Positions 24,801 through 35,889 of a stretch of DNA of 64,000 nucleotides are shown here, piece by piece. The notes below the pieces were generated by a model, which was not told the DNA's origin, searched no databases, and saw nothing but the letters and a program-made list of their open reading frames with translations. The stretch comes from Macrostomum lignano (Eukaryota). Position numbers and translations under genes: made by a program. Each line of letters opens with the position of its first letter. Position 1 is the stretch's first letter. The stretch lies in NCBI GenBank assembly GCA_002269645.1, contig NIVC01000639.1, forward strand, positions 234,173 to 298,172, in the 5' to 3' direction.

Positions 24801-27800
24801 TCAGGGACTAGATGGATCAGGGACTAGATGGATCAGGGACTAGATGGATCAGGGACTAGATGGATCAGGGACTAGATGGATCAGGGACTAGATGGATCAG
24901 GGACTAGATGGATCAGGGACTAGATGGATCAGGGACTAGATGGATCAGGGACTAGATGGATCAGGGACTAGATGGATCAGGGACTAGATGGATCAGAGAA
25001 TGAGGGATTAAATATTTGGGATTAGAGACAAGAAGTTCGAGATTGGGGATCACTCTAAAAGAAAGTTCAGCTCAACAACGCGGAAGAGTCCGTGGCGAGC
25101 TCACCGCATCTGCAGATGCTGCGGCAACGATGAGGCGTCTCTCCGGCTCGAACAGCGGCAGCACCAGCTCGCAGTCGATGCGCCCGCCGCCCACGTCACC
25201 GCCGCTGTTGCCGCCGCCGCCGCTGGAGACGCCGACATCGTCCCGGCTGCGCAGGGTCTTGGCGGGCTCGCAGTCTGGCGGGCAGGAGATGAGCACGCGA
25301 ACGAACGGGGCCAGGTTGCTGGGCAGCCAGTTGAGCAGGCGGGCAGCGCCGGGGTCGCCGCGCAGCTGGTCGCACCCAGGCAGGATGAGGTGCAGCGGCC
25401 GGCGGGGACCGGAGAACTCCAGCAGGAAGGCGACCGCATCGGCCAGCCGGGAGACGGGGGCGTCTTCGCGCAGCAGGTCGGAGCAGAACGGGGCCTGCGG
25501 GTGGGAGCGGCAGAAGTCACGTGATCTGCCTCTCTACTCAATTATCCCCCAAGAGTACCCGGTACTGATCCCGTGTGTGCGCCCAGTCCCTATACCTGAT
25601 AGGCCAGAAGCTCCGGCGGCAGCGGGCAGCCGCTGGGTGCGGAGGCGGCAGCCGCGGCGGAGGCAGCCGCAGCCCAGTCGACTCCGTCAAGCAGCTCGGC
25701 AAGCAGGCGGATGAGCAGCCAGCGCACGTCGCCGCTCTTGTAGTCGGCGCAGGGCGAGTGGTACAGCAGCACGGAGCCGCTGGCGGACGCCGCCTCAGGC
25801 ATGGACGGATCCCGCCGTCGTCCGCGCAGCCATCGGCGAAGCTGGCAGGCGACGCTGGCGAGCACGCAGGCTTTGCCTTCGCCCGGCTCGCCGACCAGCA
25901 GCACCGGCGAGTTGCCAGAGGCCGCGGCGGCGAGTCTCCCGCTGTTGTCCTCTGCTGCCCGGGCCTCGCCGTCATCGTCGTCTGTGTCGCTGCCGGGTTG
26001 GTGCAGCGTCGGGATGATCCATTGGCGCGGAAGCGGCGGTGGCAGCGGCGGAGCCCGAGTCGGCGACATCGTCATGAGGTGGGCGGCACTTTCGATGGGA
26101 GCACCGCCGGACCTGGGGATGCTAAGATTTAGGGCGGGTGCCAGAAGTCTTGTTGGGATGTCAGATGCCTTGGTAGGATGTCAGATGCCTTGTTGGGATG
26201 TCAGATGCCTTGGTAGGATGTCAGATGCCTTGTTGGGATGTCAGATGCCTTGGTGGGATGTCAGATGCCTTGTTGGGATGTCAGATGCCTTGGTGGGATG
26301 TCAGATGCCTTGGTGGGATGTCAGATGTCTTTTTGGGATGTCAGATGTCTTGTTGGGATGTCAGATGCCTTGGTGGGATGTCAGATGTCTTGTTGGGATG
26401 TCAGATGCCTTGGTGGGATGTCAGATGCCTTGGTAGGATGTCAGATGCCTTGGTGGGATGTCAGATGTCTTTTTGGGATGTCAGATGCCTTGGTGGGATG
26501 TCAGATGCCTTGGTGGGATGTCAGATGTCTTTTTGGGATGTCAGATGCCTTGGTGGGATGTCAGATGTCTTGTTGGGATGTCAGATGTCCTGGTGGGAGG
26601 TCAGATGTCTTGGTTGGATGTCAGATGTCTTGGCGAGGTGTGAGATGTCTTAGTGGGATGTCAGATGTCCTGGTGGGATGTCAGATGTCTTGGTGGGATG
26701 TCATGTGAGATGCCTTGATAGGATAACTGCTGCATTGTTGGGATGCCAGGTGCTTTGATAGGGTGTCAGGCACTTTGATAGGGTGTCAGGCACTTTGATA
26801 GGGTTTCAGGCACTTTGATAGGGTTTCAGGCACTTTGATAGGGTGTCAGGCACTTTGATATGATGTCAGGGGCACGGTTAGTGTGCCAGATACTCTGACG
26901 GTCACCTGGGCGCCGGATAGTCGGGGCAGAGCCGGCGCAGCAGGCGGTTCACCAGGCCGTTCCTGGTGCGCGGGTGCCGCTCGGCCGACCGCCTGTCGCA
27001 ATCGGTCGCCTGCGATTCGGCCAGGCCGGCCAAAACCCAGCGGCAGCGGCGGACGCGAAGCCGGAGGGCGGCCCAGTGCCGCAACGAGTCGGCCGGACTT
27101 GAGCTGTCCGATTCCTCCGGCCGGACAGGCAGAAGGCGGTTGTTCTGCAGTCAGCCATGAGAGCAACGTTTGCTTAGTCTCCGTAGCTGGATCACGTGAT
27201 TTTTATTCCGCTCACCTACTAGAGATTATGAAACTAAGAGATCTCCACATAAACTAAACTTCCAAGATTTTTAAGTCTGGAATGCCCTAGTCACGTGACT
27301 AAGTTCTAATTACCCCCCCCCTACAACACCTGATGAAATACCAAATTACCGCAAATCACGTGACGTGACATCCCAGCCAGCCGCTCACGTGACCCTGTTC
27401 AACTGCAAATCACGTGACACCCCAGCCAGCCGCTCACGTGACCCTGTTCAACTGCAAATCACGTGACACCCCAGCCAGCCGCTCACGTGACCCTGTTCAA
27501 CTGCAAATCACGTGACACCCCAGCCAGCCGCTCACGTGACCCTGTTCCCGCAAATCACGTGACACCCCAGCCAGCATCTCACGTGACCTTTTTGAACTGC
27601 AAATCACGTGACAACCCAGCCAGCCGCTCACGTGACCCTGTTGCCACAAATCCCGCGACACACCCGTGACATACGTGATAATACTGCAGCAGCAGGTCGC
27701 CGGCGGAAGCGCCGCCAGCGAATCTCCGCTGGGCGAATTTCCTCGCCCTCGGCGACAACTCGGCGGCGTCGTCAACAACGCAGACGGCGTCTTCGAGAAG

Positions 27801-29089
27801 CGGATGGTGCATGGCGGACAGGGCGGCCGCGGCCGACCGGCTTAGACGGAAGTGGCGGGCGAACTCGCTAGCGTAGGCCGGCTGTCCGGGAAACTCGTGC
27901 AGGATGCCCACGCCCTCGTGGACGAGATTCACGCACAGCGTCGTCCTGTCGCCATTCGGGTCCCCGACGCTGGCGTCATCGCGGAGGCGGGCCTCAAGAC
28001 CGTTGGTTCCGCCGCGGTCACCAATTTGGACCTCGTCGTGGTCCCCGTTGCATTCTTCCAGGCTTCGAGATTTCGTTCCCTGTAGGTGTTTTTCAGCTGG
28101 CTTGCTGACTATTCTGATAGTGAATATCTAGGCTTGCGGCGCCAGCTGAGGGATTGAGGCCGAGGGTTCGCGGCGCCAGCTGAGGGACTGAGGTTTAGTG
28201 GGGCCAGCTGAGGGACTGAGGGTTAGCGGCGCCAACTGAGGGACTGAGGGGAGGGACTGAGGTTTAGTGGCGCCAGCTGAGGGATTGAGGGTTAGCGGCG
28301 CCAGCTGAGGACTGAGGTTTAGTGGCGCCAGCTGAGGGACTGAGGTTTAGTGGCGCCAGCTGAGGGATTATTATTTTTATTAGAGGCAGGGGGGTTGTGT
28401 GCACCCTGGCGCGACATAGGCACACAACCGGCGAGAGGCATTACTGCCCATTCCGCCGACTCCCCTGAGCAGGCATACAAGCGCGCGGATACGTACGCAG
28501 GCACACACTCACACAGGAGTGTACAGCGGCCCTAACTTTATTTTATCGTTAGGCATGTACACTTCACTGCGCCTTGGGGGTTGGCTCTCAAGGCCGTTAA
28601 TTGCACGAGCAGAGCCAAGCCGAGATTCCAATTCAGTCCCAAATTAATGTGACTGCACTTGGAATCGAGCCTGGGTCGCTGGCACACCAGAGCAGCTGCG
28701 CTACCGCTGGGCTACGGCCCCCCTCAGCTGAGGGATTGAGGGTTCGCGGTGCCAGCTGAGGGACTGAGGGTTAGCGGCGCCAGCTGAGGTACTGAGGGTT
28801 CGCGGCGCCAGCTGAGGGACTGAGGGTTAGCGGCGCTAACTGAGGGACTGAGGGTTTGTGGGGCCAACTGAGGGACTGAAGTTAAGTGGCACCAAGGATA
28901 TGAAATGATTGCTATAAACCTCAATAGTGTAGACTGACTTACCCAAAAGATTTCTTCAGTGGACACAGATAGGCCAGGAAATTCAGCTTGCAAGAAGGGA
29001 ATGACACTGTTGGACAGGTCGAGCACCTGCAAGTCCAGCTCATCAAAGCAGGAAAGCTTGATAAGTAAAGATTTGCCACACCAGGTCAT
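18826..29089 (-). CDS. DUF4062-like / NACHT-type P-loop / TPR protein (NPHP3/TTC41/NWD-like); exons 29089-28943, 28079-27675, 27144-26906, 26112-25596, 25494-25105, 24256-23697, [23179-23170], 22978-22587, 21361-20810, 19296-18826
   Basis: All introns GT-AG with matching phases; VIPFLQAEFP...IFW|G N-terminal motif; LLVGEPGEGKA; NWLPSNLAPFVRVLISC; FRHPAL; TPR-like GRLYINIGIAYED and YGPDHPKT; one frameshift at ~21053. Confidence 0.8.
19445..20360. repeat. 24-bp intronic minisatellite (CCCCAATCATCAAATAACCCGTGA)
   Basis: Tandem units with a periodic 27-bp variant. Confidence 0.96.
21400..22530. repeat. 30-bp intronic minisatellite (GAGGATCAGGGAGACGATCAGAGGGGATTT)
   Basis: Tandem units filling the intron. 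Confidence 0.95.
22991..23167. mobile_element. 177-bp hAT-family MITE with 8-bp TSD ACTGGATT
   Basis: TSD at 22983-22990 and 23168-23175; left end CATACATGCGCAACC is the reverse complement of 42120-42134; long internal inverted repeat 23000-23150. Confidence 0.85.
23185..23695. repeat. Degenerate ~24-bp intronic minisatellite (GGGGCGGAAACTGGAGGGTGAAT)
   Basis: Repeated GGGGCGGAA core. Confidence 0.9.
24268..24995. repeat. 16-bp homogeneous intronic minisatellite (GATGGATCAGGGACTA)
   Basis: About 45 almost invariant units. Confidence 0.98.
26150..26870. repeat. Two adjacent 20-bp intronic minisatellites (GGGATGTCAGATGCCTTGGT; GGCACTTTGATAGGGTGTCA)
   Basis: Tandem arrays at 26150-26720 and 26750-26870. 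Confidence 0.93.
27350..27650. repeat. 49-bp intronic minisatellite with two TCACGTGA palindromes per unit
   Basis: CACGTGACACCCCAGCCAGCCGCTCACGTGACCCTGTTCAACTGCAAAT, about 6 copies. Confidence 0.92.
28135..28890. repeat. ~28-bp minisatellite interrupted by a SINE
   Basis: GGCGCCAGCTGAGGGACTGAGG units on both sides of 28368-28721. Confidence 0.88.
28368..28721 (-). mobile_element. tRNA-derived SINE, copy 2 (full length)
   Basis: Minus strand starts GGGGCCGTAGCCCAGCGGTAGCGC (A-box), B-box GGCTCGATTCC at 28661-28671, ends AATAAAAATAATAA; second copy at ~1168-1545. Confidence 0.85.
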
Positions 29090-31550
29090 GCTGTGTTGAA
29101 ACCACAGTATTGTTTATTCAGTTCAAGAATTACATGGGGTGTCTTAGAGATGAGAATCTCTCTGAAATGTTAATGAAATATTAGTTATTGATTTTAAAAT
29201 TATTTTACTCTTCTAAATGTAGCTTAGATAAACTAATAATATTTTAATAATTTCCCATCAAGAAATTAGTTCACTGTGTAGTAGGCAAGGCCTCCCACTG
29301 TTCCCTACTGAGTGTCTTTGCTCACCATGTGAAATGCTTTTACTTTAAGTATATTCATGTTATTTTCCTATGTGGAAATCACTATTTTGCCCCTTAGTGT
29401 ACTTTGGGTACCCACCCCCTATAATTTTTATTTTGCTATTAATTTAAAAAGGGTTACACCCAGTATTTAGTCCTTACCACCTAATATACTTCTATTTTCT
29501 ATTGTGTGAAACTCTTTCCACTTGGAGCAACCTTTTTTCTCTTAGTAGCTTATAACATTACTATTTAAGAGTCTAGGTGCCCTTTTTTCCCATTAGACTC
29601 TTGTGTGGAACCCATATAGACCTATTAAATGACCTCTTTCTAATATTCCTAACACAGGAGGACCTATGTATAATCCTAGTTTCTCCCTTGACCCAACCAA
29701 CTCTGTTTTTAAATAATTAATCAATGTATATATTACAATAATTTGTTATTTAAATATAATCTTATTTTATTAATAATTAAATTTTTATTTTACCTATCTA
29801 GATAAAAACAAAAAATGATAGTACAAAGCATATCAATATAGCTCACATCACAAATGGATGGTAGATAATAAGATAAAATGACTTAATGACTAAAATCCAT
29901 ACAACCAATGGCAACCAATCAAAAGGGCGACAGATGAAAAGGGCAACAGTTAAAAGGGTGACAGTCAAAAGGGCGACAGTCAAAAGGGTGACAGGGTATT
30001 AGACCAAGAACTACTTAAGTGGAAGGACGGGAAACCTTGTTTCTTAGAAAACCTTAGAATCTTAGCAATAACAATTTTTGTGCTCTACATTTTTGTTACT
30101 CTACATTAAAAATGCTATAATAAATTTTAACTATATATATACGAGTATATACGAATGAATATACGAACCATATATGAACCATATATATATATAAATTTTT
30201 TATATATGCCCAAATTAAAAAATTTACCTAGCTATGCAACCTAATTTTTGACAAAAAATGTGATTTACTTATGAAAGAAGCCCTAAAACAAAAAATAATG
30301 TAATTTTGAATAAACAACAAAAGTAACTTTGACTATAACTATATTATTAATTTAAATGTCTCATCATCTAATTAGTTAATATAATGCCTATATTTTTAGG
30401 TTAGCATTTTTGAGACTTACCTTGGCTAGACCTCTTGCTAACTGGCCAAATCAGCTCAGGTTGGCTGGGTATTAGGCATGTTGGGGCCTATGTATTTAAT
30501 TGAAAATTGTCAGTGACTCAACTGTGACAAGATCTCACCCAACCTCTAAAAATATCAATACATATATTGGATAGGGATTCTGAAGATTCCTGACCTAACT
30601 CACTTACTACCATAATTCTAAAACCCCTGGCTTGCAGCCAAGCCAAATTAAATTGTCTACAATACAATACCTCACAGTAAGTCGTGACCAAGTCTTGAAA
30701 AAGTCACAAAAAACGTCTGATGATGCATAAGCAAGAAGAATTGGGGGAAGTGTTTATTTATCAATTTATGTGGGTTTTTAATCCCATTCAATTAATAGGG
30801 CCTAGCTTAGGAGTCAAGATTTTGCGTTGTAGTACATAAGTACAAGAAGACGTAGCTGTAAAACTTGTAGACGTCATGCAGCTGAAGTTATAGAATTAGA
30901 GTATAAATAGGCCTAATACTAATAATAGGCTTGACTTGTTATGTATAAAAATAAAAAAATAAAAATTTATCATTTATTCATCAATCATGCTTGCAAAAAT
31001 GGTTATTATAAGCTGTTTAATTTATAAATAATTTTTATCAAAAAAAGTTTTCTGTCATATCTTATCTGCCTATCTATTAGCCTGATTGATCATCGATTTC
31101 CAAGAAAATTGTTTCTTCAATTCTAACAACTCTCAAACTCAAACGCGGTAATTAAAGTCTTTAGTACACTAAAGCAAATGTTTTCATTTTGGCAATAACG
31201 ATCTGCTTTTTATCAGCAAATATTTTTTTAATCTCAAACTAAAATATTAATTAGATTTTTTTTAGCCGACTGGTTTCTATAAAGCACTTAGTTCTTAAAA
31301 ATTGAACCAAATTATTAATTCTGTTTGTGGACGCGATCATTGAGCTCTTGACAATCCTTGGTATCAGTTGCAGGCGGATTTGTGTAGTGTCTTGATCGGT
31401 AGATAAAGTGAAACTTTTTTATATTTACTGTAAATTTATTCAATGTATGTATAGTCACCAGGTCTATTAATGTAAAGCCAAATTACTATTTTTATAGGGG
31501 CCTAGTTAGTCATTGTTTGAATTGGAATAGAATATATTTCATTAATATTA

Positions 31551-34074
31551 TTAGACTGTCCAGTGAGATTACCGTAAGTTGAAAAAAACACGAATTTTAG
31601 CAAAAAATGATATTTTTTGTTGGCGTACCAGAAAAAAAGTATTGCACATAAAGAAAAACCAAAGTATACCCTAAAAAGTAAAGAACACTGTTGTTATTTA
31701 AAAAAAAATGGAGACAAAACAATGCACTACAATTAATGCGGTGACCAGTCAAAGTGGATACATTTTACGGTAACGAATCGCATTGGCTCCATTTTGAAAT
31801 GAAAATCACATTTCAAAAAAAGTTTTTTTTTCCACAAAAGGGTACATTTTAACAAAGTTTCGCTACTAATATGCAATGTTCACATTTAAGACAAACCAGT
31901 AACTGTATTTTTGAAAGAAAAAAAGTTTTTTTATGGACTATATAAAGCGATAAAAAATTTTGTTGCCCAAAAAAAGTATTTAGTCGATCTCCGACGCACT
32001 AATTCAGTTTAATGTATGAAAGTGGCACTTCATACCAGCCGTTCGCAAAGAACTGCTTGTGCATCGGTGTTGTCCGAAAAAAGTTATTGAACTTTATATT
32101 TTTTATACTTCTACATGTATTTTGCCATTTAAAATAGAAAAAGGCTTGTCATTTTTTTTTAAACAGACCGACGCAGTTGTATTTGCACATTCTTCGCCCC
32201 TATTGAAATGTAAAATAGATGAAACGTGTGCAGCCCACTCATTGTGTGTCCGTTTTGAGAAACTTTTCTTTTTGTTTTTCCTGCATTCATGTGCATGCAA
32301 ACTACTTTGTACTACTTACATAGAAAATATGAAAAAAACGAATTTTTCATTACTTTTTAGTTCTTTATTGCAAAAAATAGAAAGGAGAAGTGAAACTTAA
32401 TGCAGTCATGATTTATTTCAGCCTTGGGGGTCACTGTGGAGGTCACCTCCTCATAGTGGCGCCGACGCAGGACCACAGCATTGCCCCTCTCACGTTCGAC
32501 CTTGCGCAGAAGGGCCTCCTTCGAACGCAAGCTGACAGCTGTGGGGGGAAGGCCCATGGCACGCAGGAGGCGGGTCGCTCGACTGGCGCCATTCTCGCCC
32601 TTGGCCTTGGCTTTATCGACAAATTTGATGGCTCTCTCAATGGAGATGGGGATCAGGCGATCCATTGGACTTGGACAAGTGGGAGTGGGGTCAAGGACAC
32701 GAGGACACTAAACTAAATAAAACAGTTCAGTTGACAATAAATCTGGCAATTGTAGAAAAGCAATTGTATCTTTTGTATCTTCACTACTTCAGTAGCATGC
32801 ATGCAGTAAAAAGAGCAGGGGTCAGAAAGGTAAATAATAATTATAATATGTAATTATAAATGGACTAAAATGACTAACCAGTTTGACTTTCACTGTCTCA
32901 GTTACAAGTACAAGATAGTATGAACCCTAGGCCTAGCCTGGCATAGGCCAGCCAGGACTATATATATAGCTATGAGACTGTATAACTATATGTTATAGTA
33001 TAAGTATAATATAATTAACATATATTATACATATAATTATATATAATGAATAATTGTTTCAACTTAACTTCTTGAGAGTTGACTGAAGTCCCCTGAGCCT
33101 AAATGACTATGTATGATATGACTATGAGTCTTGCACGAGTTATGACCATGCCTGAAGCCTGAGCCTAAATCTAGTAAATGATCTTTAACTTGTTTACTTT
33201 TAAGGTTAACTTAAATTTAAAATTAAATATACACTTTTGCAAAATAATTGTGTCTTGTGAACTGATGGACAAAATCAAACAGAAAATGTGCTGCAGATAT
33301 GCCAAAAAGCTAAAAAACAGTGATAAAAAGGCAACAAAAAAGTAGAAAATGTTTTCTATAACCTACATATAAAGAAAGAAGGTACACACAGTTGTAGAAA
33401 CAACTGTTTGTCATATAAATGTAAAGTTTCACTGCTGAAACCAAGATATTTTTCAACTTGTAGACAAAAAAGTTCTAAAAACTTGCCCGGATGAGCCAAA
33501 AAGCTAAAATAAGTGACAAAAATAGAGATAAAAAGTTTTTAAAAAATGTTCCACCCTAAATAGAAACTCCAAAATTTATCTATGAGTACAAACCACTGTT
33601 TACCTTTAATTTGCAAAGTCTCACTACAAAAGGCAGGATAGTTTCTAACTTACTGACAAAAGAATTAAAAAATCATGCTCCGGCATATGCCATTTTTTTC
33701 AACTTTTGTAACAACATGTAAGCATATTTTTCATATCCAACCATGTAATGACAGAAAAAGCATGGCAAAAGAAGCAAAACAAGTAGATCTTTGAAATAAG
33801 ACCAAAAGTAGCAAATTTGGACAAAAAATGACTATTTTACACTCTACTAAAGTACCTTTTTTCAAAACTGATATCAAAAAGGGAACAAGCCCATAGTGTA
33901 ATTTTTATATCTAAAAAAACGCAAATTTTGAATCTTTAAATAGCCATAACTTTTTTATCACTTGACCAATCTTAACAATCTTGGCCATTTTGGAAATCAC
34001 TCAAGACCCTCTATCATGCTAGACAAGAAAAAATAGGATACCATAAACTTTAGAAAACTCACTGGACAGCCTAA
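31551..34074. mobile_element. AT-rich non-autonomous TIR element, superfamily unassigned
   Basis: 17-bp inverted ends TTAGACTGTCCAGTGAG / CTCACTGGACAGCCTAA (1 mismatch), flanked by direct TATTA at 31546-31550 and 34075-34079. Confidence 0.6.
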
Positions 34075-35889
34075 TATTATGGTTAATATTAAGTTATTAG
34101 CTATGATCAATGACAATAACAAGGACCATTAGAAGTTACCACTGACATCGGCCTATCATTATTCTATGCTTCAAAACTTATAAATATAATGTATGATGGC
34201 AGAAAGCTATTGTATTAGTAGTAGTAGTAGTAGTAGTGGTAGTAATAGTATAATTATGGCCAAAATGTTTTATCATAGACAAACTCACTGACTAAAAGCT
34301 AAAACCTATCTAAGTAATGCTTTTTGAGAGTACCAGTCATTTCAATGACAAGTTGTTTTAGTGATAGATGTTTCAATGGCAAAAATCATTTTGGCATGAT
34401 TTTGCCATGCTTTTCTCTTTGACTTTGACACTTTGTGATAGACACACTTCATTTTTGATGGAAAATTAAATATTTCATAAGTATAATCATTTTAGTGATA
34501 AGAGGCACTTTATAATATTAGTGTGTAATTATTTTGTGAAGATTTATATTTTATACATATATTTATAAATTTCTATCAAAATATTAATATATTTAAAAAA
34601 AGAAATCAAACTAATTATATTGTTTTCTTTTGTGCAAATTGTTTTGAATTGTTCTAAATATTCAGAATATTCAAACATATACATATGCAACCCTGATTTA
34701 TACTGATTATATGACTTACTTTTTGACCAAAAATGTGATTTACCTATGAACGAAATGCTAATAAAAATTAATGCAATTTGGATAAATGGCAGAAATACTG
34801 CCTTATTAAGGCTAAATACCCCATCATATAATTAGTACTACTTAAGAGGTTCAACCCCTAGCTTTTTATAGGAAGTCACTGGAGACCTGGTTTAAGCAGC
34901 TAGAATCACAATTTACCCTATTGGAATAAGTTGACAAAATGCGGACGACTGTCTGTCGCATTTTTGGATTCTCCTGCTGTCGCGTTGCGTGACAGTGGTG
35001 TCAAGTGGTGTGTCACGTCGCGCGACACTGGAAACCTGGTGTCATCATGCGTCGTGTCGCGTGACACGACACAACGAGACGCGTAAGTGTGGCAACTTGG
35101 CGGCTAGTGTCATCATGTGTTGCATTGCGGCCTAGATCTGCATCCAAAACCTCGCAAACTGTGTTTCATTGTAATATGTTCACAGTTGTTTCTCGGTATT
35201 TAAATGTTTTAAACATGTTTGATAAAAACTAATTCTTGAATTGTTCTTTTTTATTTTGACTGTAAAATAACTAATACTTTAAATATAATTTCTAGAAAGG
35301 TTACTTGTTAGTTACAATGCATGCGCTGTTTTTCTAACTGTTGTACCTTTGTTGTTTTACTGTTTATTGTTTTTAAATTTCATTTCTTTTTCCGCAAAAT
35401 TGAAAGGAATACTCTTGTCCCTCGCTCCATGGTCTTGGTGTCGGGAGTGAACAGCAGAACAAGAATTGTCAATTGCAACGTGGCTGCTGTGCCGTCCTTC
35501 CCCCCCCCCCCCTAGTCATTCGGTCAACAGACATCGGTGTTGCGTCGCGCATCGCTGCCCCCAGTCAACAAAATTTGGTGTCGCGTCGCACTTTTGAGGG
35601 TACAATTTTGGCACCTGTGTCGCGCATCTGCAGGTTTTTGAAACTTATTCCAATAGGGACAATTCAGACTCGCCAACCTCACCATACATGCGCAACAGTC
35701 GGCCGAGTCGGCCGATCCGGCCGACCGATTTGGCGGCCAACCAAGTAAGTCGCAAAATTGATTAACCGCCAAAAAAAAACGAAAAAACAAAAGACGAAAA
35801 AGGGGAAAGGAAAAGGAAAAAATGAGAAAAAGGGAGCAAAGAGAAAGAGAAAAACACAAAAAGAGTTGTAAGTGCTGTAAGTTGCAGCA

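Noticed and set aside
34940-35135. TGTCGC/GCGACA-rich patch as a MITE
   Set aside because: No clear TIR pair or TSD found
35220-35430. 5' LTR of the gypsy element
   Set aside because: No similarity to the 46044-46263 LTR candidate
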